Part shown: piece after piece, positions 27,401-39,400 of the stretch | How positions within the stretch are numbered: the first letter of the stretch is position 1 | How the letters are laid out: each line of letters opens with the position of its first letter | From: Callorhinchus milii | Lineage: Eukaryota | Direction: 5' to 3' | Assembly: GCF_018977255.1 (NCBI RefSeq) | Contig: NW_024704743.1 | Location: forward strand, 92,134,001 to 92,198,000 | Length of the DNA: 64,000 bases | Position numbers and translations under genes: made by a program | The notes under the pieces: generated by a model | Told to the model about the DNA's origin: nothing | The model's input: the letters and a program-made list of their open reading frames with translations, nothing else | Database searches by the model: none

Positions 27401-30400
27401 TCTTTGCCTCAGGCTCACAGGCCTGTACAAGATTCTGATAAAAGTGTACCCACCACCCCACCCAACTACTTTTCTATACAAAGGAACAAATTATCTATCC
27501 TAATGTAGTATTACAACAACAACTTGCACTTATATAGCGCCCTCCACGCACGGTAGTGTCTCAGAGCGTTTAACAGTGGAAGAGCCTGATTCCGAGCTGC
27601 GGGGAGATGGCTGCAAACACGGTCAGAGGAAAGTTTTCAGGCGCTATCTGATAGAGGGGACAAGGAGGAGGGATTGAGGGAGAGTGTTCCAGAGTTTTGG
27701 GGAGTAGTGGCTGGAAGCATGACCTCCGAAAGTGGGGCGGAGGATGTGAAGGACAAGCAGGAAGCCAGTGTCAGTCGAGCAGAGGCACCGACTGGTAGAT
27801 TGGGGAATGAGGATATCAGAGAGGTAGGGAGGTGCCAGGGAGTGAATGGATTTGAACACAAGAGTGAGGATCTTGAAGTTGATCTGTTCAGTGATGGGGA
27901 GCCAGTGGAGCACGGCCAGAACTGGCGAGATGTGAGTACGGAGTTTGGTCCAGGTCAGCAAGCGGGCAGCAGAGTTTAGAATGAGCTGGATCTTGTGAAT
28001 GGTAGAGCTGGGGAGACCGGTGAGGAGTGCGTTGGAGTAATCCAAGTGGGAGGTGCGCACTGGTTCGGTGAGTTTGAGGAGTTTAGATCCGCAGGAGTGA
28101 AGACGTTGACGGGAACCAAGGAGTATAGCTTCCGTCTTGTCCATATTCAGCTGCAGGAAGTTTACATTCATCCAGGCCTTGATGTCTGCCAGACAAGCTG
28201 ACAGAACATCAGTGGACCTGGAGTTGGTACTAGAGGAGGCAAAGTAGACTTGTGTGTCATCCACATACATGTGGAAGTTTACCCTGTGTCTGCGTAACAC
28301 AAAATTACACAAAACATACCATTATAAACCAATTTACCAAAAACACGAGCAATCAAATTTACTTACTTCAGGATCTCGATCGACCCAGAGAGGAATAAGC
28401 CATGCCAGACCAAGTCGTGATGGCATCTGCTCCTCATTATTTTGCTCATATGCCAATGACCAAAGAGATACCCACGTCTAAAACAGAAAGAGAGATTTAA
28501 CTTTTTTTTAGGTTTTTAAGACCAAATGTTTACTAAAATTGTTGCCTTTGAAGACTATATAACGAGCAATGTTTTATTAAAAACCTGTGAACTGGTCAAA
28601 ATGAATAACACTATGAAAAAGAGAAAATATTGTTTTGTATAGTAGATCTAGCACCAGAAATTTATACAATGCATTCATATAGTACCCATCCCAGAAGACA
28701 ACGTCTCTGTGTGGGGTAGGGTCAGACATGGATGGAGGGGGGATGGGGGGAGAAAGAGGGGCAAGACAGTAAGTGAGAATGAGACATTATAAGACGTAAA
28801 AAAAAAAGGGAAGGAGTCATTGAGTGAGCAGTACATGGGAGCAAGATGAGGGAACAATTGTGAATGAATGTAATTGTTGTAGTTAAGAGAGCTAACATAC
28901 AGAAGAGTGCTACATACAAGATACAAAGAATAAACCGAATGACTATCACACATGATGTGACTAGACCAACAGACAGTGTAAAAGAGGGAAGAGTGAATGT
29001 GAGAGAAGCGAGTGTCAGGTTCTATCCAGTTCCTTTCGATTTATTCCAATTGACACTTGCAGAGTATGTTGTGTTAACCTGCACAGTCCAGTATATATTT
29101 TACATCAGATCCTGCTTTGAGACATCCTCCTAATTGGAAAGGGACTCTTCCCATTCAGGTCCCCTTAACCCTGCAAGCCAAAGCCTTGACGGGTGGGCAA
29201 TCCTAGTTGAACAAGCAGCAGGAAAGCTTGCTATACAGTGCTTTCAATTACAAGCTGTGAGGTTTTAGCTAGACTCCATCAGATCCAAAAGCACACTCCG
29301 GAGTCCCCGAACCTCGACTCTCACCAATCAGCACCTAATGCTCTCCAGAATTAGGTAAGCAGGAGACATCTCTCCAAGGAGAATGCATATTCCATTCTAA
29401 TAAATCTCTGTGGAATATCCATGGGATGCATGGAATTGTATGTGATTTGGATACTCTTACACTCGTGGAGTCCTGTAGCTCAGTGGTTAGAGCACTCGCT
29501 TTGCAAGTGAGAGACCTGAGTTCAATTCCAGGCAGAGGGCGAAACCTTGGGCAAGTTTCCTTACTCCACACGCCTAATAATAATCCCTCCAAAAAACCAT
29601 AAACAATAATTAAATTGGTCATTTTCAATCTACGACTGTTTGTGGGACATTGCTGTGCGCAATTGGCTGCCGCGTTCGCCCACAAATATACAGTCAATTC
29701 ACTTTACAGTGTGTTCTGTGAAGCGCTTTGGGACGTCCTCCTGACGTGAAAAGCGCTATATCAAATGCAAGGATTATTATTATTATGCATGCATGGTGAT
29801 GGTTGCAGCATTTGTCAGGTGGGCTGACCCCCACCCCACAAAAATAAACTGGTATGAAAGGCTCCATAGCAGAAAGTATTATTATTAATTAGAAATATTT
29901 TTGAATGCTATCAATCAACAGTAGCAAGCATGGAAAATGTTTGAATCAGCTCTACATATGCAATTATTTTAAAATGGTGTAAATTTTCCAACTAATTTAA
30001 AATTATTGTATAGATTTAATGTATTTTCACTGTGCATGTTATTTAATAGTTTCACATAATTCAGCGAACTGAAAGTACTCAAATCTTTCTAAGCACAATG
30101 TGTATAGACAAAACACTGGATAACAAATTTGTTGTACTGAAAAGTTTGTTGAAAATAATTATTCCTCAAATATGCAAAGTTACAGTTGACAGGCCTACCT
30201 CATCATTTGCCTGGGTCATCATCTCATGCGACAGTTGAAGCAAGCAAAGTACTGCACTTTTTGTAACACCTTTACCCATGTAAGACATAGCATTTCCTCC
30301 CCATTCCACATAAAAGGCTGAAATGACCTATTAATGATAAGAGGTGGATAATGGTTACCAAACTCCACATCAACCACTGCACAGGAGTTATCTGGATAGA

Positions 30401-33400
30401 CAGTTGGAAAATATCTGTATAATCAAGAAGTAAGAGAATAAAGGATATAGAGAAAGGGCAATGAAATGGGATTAAAATATTTGTCATTATCCAATAAAAT
30501 GTTAGAACTGGCCTACTGTGTCTTTGTGGCTTGCTTCATAGACTCAATCAAATGTTGACAGACTATGGTTAGATAAATGGTAGATGCAGTGTCATGCTAA
30601 AAATGTGAATTAATGCATTTCGGGAAAATAGGAAGCAGAATAATAGCTTAATTATATCTTGTGGAGTCCTGTAACTTAGTGGTTAGAGCACTCGCCTAGC
30701 AAGCAAAAGGACCTGAACAAAAAAATACAGTCAGTTCACTTTACAGTATATTCCATGAAGCGTTTTGAGATGTCTCAAAGACATAAGGCGCTATATCAAA
30801 TGCAAGAATTATTATAGAATAAAACTCAATTAAAATGGAATTCTATAAATAGGGGTATAAACGATAACCCAAAGAGAAATTGCTAAACTTATATAAATCA
30901 TTAAGACAACAGTTGGAATATTTTGTTCAGTTTTGGTCACTCCACTTGAGAGTGTGCAGAGGAGATTTACTCGGATGATTCCAGGGATGAGTGATTTGGT
31001 CTATGATCTATTTAAGGTTTAGAATGGTGCAGAGCATTGTGTACATGTAACAAGATATTTAATGCTAATTGTGAATCTATTTTAAAACAGATATTTTCAT
31101 AAATTACTTCTGGCATTGTTGTTCATACCTCAAGCAGCCCAGTCAAATATTTCATACACAGGGAATAGGGTTCCAAAGCAGCAGAGTGCAAACTCCACCT
31201 GGGAAGAGCGGTGATGTGAACCATTCCTCGTAGTGTCCGCTCTAATGAAGGTAGACCATAGAAATGTGGTGCATCTGTTATTCGCAAACACTGCAGAAAT
31301 TTAACTGCCAGCAGTGTCCTGAAAGGGCCAGCCAACAGCAAACACTTTCTGAAAGAAAAGCACAATACAAACCCAAGTGTGTATTTTAATCGGTTATGTA
31401 CAGATCTGTGGTGAAACAGAAATAAGAATATTTTGATAGTTACCACCTAATAGCTTAGAAAACTAAAAAAATTTTAGAAAACACACTATAAAAACAAAGC
31501 TAATCACATACGATAAAACAATGTATAATTATCTTCTAGTACCTATCTGTAACAGAGGTGAGCGCTTGTAATACGATGTTAAAGAATTCAGTCAGCTCCT
31601 TTCGTAGTTTCTGTCTTAAAAGAGTTTGAATTTCATCCATTTCACCCTGCACAGGAGATTCAGCTGCCACAAAGAAGTTCAGCAGTGGGTTGGATTCCTA
31701 TGTCAAAGACACCAGAACAGTAGTCACAAAACTCACCCAAATATACTCACCTGAATATAAAAAAGATATCTAATCCCAAAGCATACTTTTGCAGATAGCA
31801 AATTGCATTGTAGATTCAATAGTAATCCTTGCATTTGATATAGCATCTTATCATGTCTTGGAGACATCTCAAAGGACTTCATAAAATATTCTGTAAAGTG
31901 AATGGACTGTATATTTTGTGCGTGAAACACGGCAGCCAATTGCACACAGCAGTGTCCCACAAACAGTCGCGGATTGAGTGACCAGTTTATTACTATTTAT
32001 TTTTGAAGGAATTATTACCCCCGGAAAACCGATCCGCCAATTGACTAACAACTGGGTTACTACTTAATGCTAAGTAAACAGAGACTGATTTACAACTTTC
32101 TTTTTTTAAAAATTGATTTTTGAACAGACACTGGAAAAAGGACAAGTCTAGAAAAGGCGATAGATGAATATAATTAAAGCAAAGATTAAAGAGCTCTTAT
32201 GCTTTGGTGATTCTACACCTCCATTCTCACCCGTCTCCACTGGCTCTCCATTCTGCAGAAAATTGTGGTTAAAATTCTGGTCCTTATTTTAAAAGTCATC
32301 CGTGGACTTCCTCACTAGCTCTGCGAACTATTAACACCATACCGACCTGTCTGCTCCCTGTGCTCGGAGATCACTAGCCTGCTCCATGTGTCCCGCCTTG
32401 CCCATCATTGACGGTCGGGCCTTCAGCATTTCTGTCCCCATCCTCTGGAACTCCATCCCAGAATCCCTCCACCTAATTTGCCTCCTTACAGACCTGTCTC
32501 AAGACCACCTTCTTTGACCGTGCCTTCGGCCACCCTCCCACCCCCTACTCTCCCACCTCTCTTGCTTCCAACCCCCAGCTCGGGTGCAAATCGAGTGCAG
32601 CGCCTTGGTACATCCTTCCGATGCAAAAAATGCTATAGAAATGTAATTAATTTGTTGTTTGTTGTTGTTATTCCCATGCAGTGGTATTTAATATACTGTT
32701 AGTATTTTCTTGTGAATATACATAAGAGAAAACACATCTGTGATATTATCCAATAAAAGATCCAGATTTTCAATGCCCTTGAGTTGCCTTGTAGTTTCTT
32801 CATGATGCTAACATAACACAATATTTTTAACAACCTTAAATACTTTGTTACCTGTCTGAGCAGGAGTTCTAAAAGTGATGTCAGATCCTTTGAATCCACA
32901 CCCTCTTTTTGGGCTAACAACAATTTCCTCAGGAAAGACACAACATCAGCCAGCAGCTTCTCATCTTCAGTACATGCTGGAAGAATTTGCAAAAACCTAA
33001 AACATATTTTATAAAGGTGTTCAAATATCAGAGTAGCACAAAAACATTCGATAAGCATATCTTTCCCGATTTATAAAATCAAATACTTTGAATATTAAGA
33101 TTTTATTCAATGAAAATTGGATAGCTGATGTAGCCGCTGGTCAGCACTTCCAAGGTAGGTCGACTGGTCAGTCAGCAGATAATCCTCAAGCATTTCCAAG
33201 CCCTCTAACTTCACAGCATCCACAACAAGTCAGCGTAGGAAGCCTAAAACTATTTCCAGAGAGGAAGGAATGAATCACAATTCTATATACTGCAGGCCTG
33301 TGGTGTGACTACATTTTACCTGAACCACAGTATAAATGTAATGTTGAACGTGAAGATTTTAGTTAGGCCATAGATAGGAGTAATTTTTTAAATATAATTT

Positions 33401-36400
33401 TGGCACCTAATTATAGGAAAGCTATAAGAAGAATTGAAAAAGTACATTGTATATTTGCTAGGAAAAGGGGATTCAGTTATGAAGAGACAAAAGGTTATGC
33501 CTTTTTGACTGAAACTAAAAATATAAGAAGTCTTCAAGATCATGAAGGTTTCTGACAGGGTAAATAAGATTAGTTATACTGTGTGGTTAGTCAGTAATCA
33601 GAGCTTAAAATTAAGAATCACAAAAGGAACTAAAAAGGAGGTTAAAAAAGTCATCAAGAAAAGCTTCTGTGTCAGAAGGTTGTGGGTTCAAGCCCCAGGT
33701 TGGGACTTTGAGCTCAGATTGTACGCTATCATGCTAATGCAGTTCTAGGGAGGCACTGCATAGTTGCAGGTGGTATCCTTCAGATGAAACATTAAACTGA
33801 GGTCTTCGCTCCGTGTTTATGTGCAAGTCATGGCTCTATTCAAAAAGATAAGGGAGTTTCTCCCAGCATCCTGGCCTCAATCACCCAGATAAAATAGGTC
33901 ATTCTGTTCATGGTTGTTTTGGGGACTTTGTCCACACTCAACAGTAAATCCTGTTAAGCGCTTTGAAACGTCTGAACAACATGCTATATCAAATGCAAGG
34001 ATTATTATAAATTGTTGTTGAAGCAAAGTCATAAATGTATAGGAACTGTACACATGCTTGAAAAAGAGGACAATTAAAATATGGGGAGGAAGCAGCAAAG
34101 TCACATTGCAATAGATGACTTGTGGAGAAAAACACCAGTGCAGACCTGATGGTTCAAATGGTCTGTTTTAATGCTGTAACATTCTATGAATTTATATCAT
34201 TGCTAAACTTGCTCTCAACAATTGTAATTTTTTTATTAAGATTTACACACTCAACAGCAGACCTCTTTCAATTTTTAAATAACAGCTTTTCTTAGTTATT
34301 TTGAACCACTCCGTTTTGAACTTTCACAAACCTGCCCAATGCTGTATGCCATTCAAGCTTCTGTAATACAGTTAAGCTGCTGTTTATTCCTTGCTTGAGA
34401 GCTAGTTTATCATTCAGCAAGTATAGTCTCATTCTGGAGAGAGCAGAGCTGACAGTGATGTGAGACACTGCCAAGGTGATGGAGGAGAGACAGTCCTGAA
34501 GACCACTGGCAACATTGGTGACTTTGAGCATCACACCATCAATAGGAGACAACTTTAGTTTCTCTACAAATCTACAAAGAAAACAAATGTAACAAATAGA
34601 CGCGTCAGTGAAGTCTTTACACACTGCAACTAGAAACTTAACTATGGTATTTAGTATACAGTAAAACAGCACATGAAAAGCAATTCAGTTGAACTCTGAA
34701 ACAGACAGCCAGTCACTAGACATTTTGGAATTTATAACAATGAAAATGTAAACTGTTTCTGGAAGCATTCATTTCTGAATTTCCTATCTTAATTCTCAAT
34801 ACCTGCTTCATTGCTTCCTTAATGAAAATATTAAGAATGTGGGGAGAATTATTCCAATGTCCACCAGAATGTTTATAGTTTAGAAGCAATATAGTGGCAT
34901 ATAAAAAACAAATAACTAGGCGTTAGGCATTAGGAGTTGGAGCAGTGGCATTACCAGATGAATGATTACAGTTGTTTAAAAGTATTGTGGGACAAAGTAA
35001 CTATTATTATTACTTTACATTAAGATATTAAGTCACATTAAGTCTTGTCAGAGGACTGACTGAAGAATGAGTCCCTCCTCGTTTGTTGACTCGTTGAACC
35101 ACTGAGTGATGTTAGACCAGGGACATGGTGGCTCGCTCTGCACCATTTAATCCACCAGTCTTAGATTAAATTCCTGCCTGTGCTGGCAACCCAATCTGCC
35201 ACAGAACATCAATGAAAATGAGGTATGTTGAAGCAACGTGCTGGGGTCTCAAGGAGACCAGAGAAGTCAAGTTGGGACCAGGGAGGCGGGGGAGAGGGAA
35301 GCCTCAACAGCCATTGCGTATATAGGCATCCAGAACATGGGACAGCACTCATCCCATTACTGACACCTTAAAAACTTCTTAAAAGAGGCAGTTTGAAGGG
35401 TTACTAGGGGGTCCATATTCTGGGTCAAACCAGTGAGTTTAAACCAGTGGTTAAGGGTGCCAAATGAGGAAGAATTTTCCTAAACCCTGAACAATCTCAA
35501 ATTTTAAGACAAAAATGTTGGACCATATTTGGGAAATTTCAGGCAGTTCATGGTCATTACCCTGAGAATGAGTTGATGTTTAGAGAAAGAAAGGGCAAGT
35601 AGAAATAATTGGATGGCTTTTTTAAAAAAAAAGTGGTTTACTGGTCACCATAAAATAGTGTATACTTACTCTGCTGATGTATAGGTTCTTAAACACTTCA
35701 TCTGATCTAAGAGGTGGTCGATTCCATTATACCATGCAAGATTCCAGGCTATTTTTAACATGTCTGAAGCAGGTTTTGTAGTCAAATGATCCGAAGCAGA
35801 TGGGACCACAGTGCAGTACGGACTTACTGCATGATGGACTGCAACTTTGATTGTCAAGTTATATCTTTTTGTTTAGAAAACAAAATCCAGTGAGTATATA
35901 CTCTATAAACCAACAATGTGCACTTATATAGCATCTTTAATATTAGATAATGTATCAAAATGCTTTACAGAAACAAAGTGGGAGCTCGAGCAGCTCCCAA
36001 GTAATAAGATTCTTTATCAACTACAATTTTGTAACGTAAAGAATAATGTTATGGCATACTGATAACAAAAGTATACAATAGCTTACCTCCTCGCTACAGT
36101 AACAGGTAAACTGAATGGAGGAGGAGCAGTGGCATTACCAGATGAATGATCACACCTGTTTAAAAGTATTGTGGGACAAAGGAACTGTTTTATTATTTCG
36201 CATTAAGACAGAAGAATAGTTGGACGATATTTAACATTTCTTTCTTTACATGTAAAATGAACTTGAGGCTTATCCCACATAACATTTTAATTTCCATAAA
36301 CACATTGCATATTTAGCTAAACAGCAACTTGTATCTTATGGCTCTTCACATTGGGTAATGCCTTTGAGAGCTTAATTTTCAACCCTTTCGCTGCCTGTTG

Positions 36401-39400
36401 GATACTCCTTTTAGAGTAAATTGACAATTAACAAAAGGGACAATAAGAAGTTCAGGAAATACAAAAGGACACTGGGAGTGGGACAAAGTGTGTGGTTTTG
36501 AGCGGTGGATGATTGAAAGTTTGGATCAACAAAATAAAGAAGCTATTAACATACTCAAGTAATATTACACTGCCAGCATGAACACCAGAAACTCAAACCG
36601 CATCTGATTTTATACATTTTCAGTGCTGGAGCAAGGTGTGCACAGAATGCCCTTAAATTCATAATTTATTTTGTGGATTGGGTTAAGATAAGAATCAACT
36701 CACCAAAGGGCCAAAAAAAATTGAACTAAAAGTCAAAACATCCTTCAATAATCATATTCACTTCATGGGATATTACTGTGGTTGCATTTTGGCTGCCAAG
36801 TTTCGCTACAAATACAGCCACTGCATTTACAGTAAAATCCTGTTTAGCATCTGGAGATGTTTCATGTGAAAAAAATGCAAGAATATACAAACCTCTTTAA
36901 AATAATGAGAAAAAGGTAAATATCCTACTTACTAAATACTTATATAATCTAGGAAATTGACAATATGCTTATTCTTACCAAAAATTTATTGTTGCAACTT
37001 CATCAAACAGCAGCAGGCTCAGCAATACTGCCGCCTCTATAAGGACACTTTTTTCCTTCTGCAGAATCAAAGAGACTACATAGCCAATAAAATAGTTACT
37101 ATAAGTCTAAAACATACCACCCCTACTGCACCTTTATACTGATGGTACTTATAGTAAACTATTACTTACTGAAACATTAATGCAAAATCCTTTGACATTA
37201 TATATTCAATAATATTTATATAACCTGTGCCAGTTGGTACTTAGAAGTGAATTATGTGGAGTAAAGGTGTTAAATGGGAAACAGAAGAGAATTGCAATTT
37301 ATATACATGGTTTAGGGGTGGTAGGTTTAGTGGCTTCCTATGGTATGGATTTCTACTGCAGCATTCTCACTTCTGGTCAGGTTTGTGTGCTGAAGTTCCA
37401 CATCAAAACATGAACTTATATCTAGGCTGTCGCTCTAAAGCCGATATGGGGAGTGCTGCATTGCCAGAACTACCATCTCTTTAGGTAGCATTTAAACCAA
37501 TATAGCACAACATTCCCTCTTCTTCAAATCTAGTCTAAATGGAACACAATTGCTGCTTTTATATTTTTTGCCAACAGTTCGGTTCCTTATTCAGTTAAGC
37601 ATGATCAATAACCCTCTACCATTGAACCACCCAAAAACAGTGCAGAGAACAGAGATTCTGGTTCAAGCTTCCTTTCCCAATCCCATTATAAATTTAGGAA
37701 TCTCACCTCTGAAAAGTGCAAGTAGAAAAGGAGTTTCTTGAGCCAGGCTGTGGCGTAGGGTGGGGTCTGAGTAAACTAGTTTTCGTAAAATAGCAAGACA
37801 TGGCAACACCAAGCACTGCATACTCTGGCCAAAAGAAAACATTTGTATTATACATATATTCACAAACTCACACAGCACACACACCACACTCATTTACCAC
37901 ATCCACACTAATTCTGCATGTACCATCATTTGCTAACTAATTTATCTTGAATTTCTCAAAATACATACAATTCTCAGATAAAGAATGAAAAGAAAGCTGT
38001 GGATGGAGTTTTGATCAGTTCTCCTCCTTTCCCCCTTCTCTCCCCTCTGGTTTGTAAATCCATAATCGGGTCAGTCGCAACTAGTGTTGAAATCTGGCTT
38101 TCCAGTTTACACCGCCGCGGAATTAAAAGGATTACACAATACTCTTGAAATTTACACTAACTACTCATATGCAATTGGGATGAAAAAAGTAAGTTTTAAA
38201 CTGTACCTTTCCATTTCTGTGCACACTTTCATGTACAAATGAGATTATCTTTTCAATTATTCCATGATTTTTCAACACTCCATGCATTGTGTTATCTATA
38301 TAAATAAGAATAAAAAGTGCAAGTTAAATAACTATTAACCAGCAATCAGGTTGCTTTCTGTATCAATCCAAAAAAGCAAAGGCTGGAAACGTTGAAAGGA
38401 TGATGAAACTTTTGTCTACAAGTTTTGCAATTTTTCTCTACTTTTCTCTCCATTTGTACTAGTTCATTATTTTCATACTTTAAAGTCTTCCCATGTCACA
38501 CACTATTGAGACTGGGCAGAAAACATCTGTTAACCGTCCAGTAAGCAGACTTCAGGCAGGGTTCACCATCATATTTAATCTTACTGCAATTCACAAGTCT
38601 CTATTAATGATTGCTAGAAAACTATTTACTGTTTTACTAAAACTGTTCTAGACCAGTCGACCATTCGGGAAACAAAGCTAATGTAAATCAACTATTTTTA
38701 ATTGTCAGTTTCCTAATCTTATTGATTCATGGTATTGTTAATTCCCTTTGTTGGATTTCTCCTGACTGATTATTTGACCCTAGAATTCTGTTCTTTCAGT
38801 TATTCAATCTCTCCTATTAAATATTTTCTCTCCCCTTCACCATTATCCTCTCTCCTTTTCTTCTTCATAGTGATTCGCTCAAGGACGCTACCCTGCGTGA
38901 AGGGCAATATATAAATGCAATTTGTTGTTGTTAGTTCACTGGGTATGGAAACACTTGCCTTGCATCATAATGACAAGTTGCTCTGCTGCAGACTTCCGAA
39001 GAGCCAGATCAACAGTCTCAGATATTAGGATTTCGTACACTTTGAAAACATTGTCGCCCTGAGGGGGAAAAAGGGCAATAGAATGGTATTAGCATAATAG
39101 ACAAGAGACATTATAATATATATAATATAAAACCTATTTGCAGGTATGTTTGATCCATTAGTTTTAACAATCATAGTTTTGCAAAGGAGGAAAGAAAGTT
39201 AAATGCAGGAGTGTAGTGGTAGTGGTCATGAGGGGTTGATATCTAAAAGCTGTAAATCATAATACAGTTTCACCCACAAAATACAGTCAATCCACTCTGT
39301 ATTCTGTGAAGTGCTTTGAGATGTCTTAACATAATAAAACACTATATCAAATGCAAGGATTATATTATAAGCTCATTATAATGTAGTGGTTGAGACCTAT

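Noticed and set aside
27644..28312. 222-aa ORF and similar ORFs at 11240-14155 and 55330-55542
   Set aside because: Fragments of decayed L2 reverse transcriptase, not host genes.
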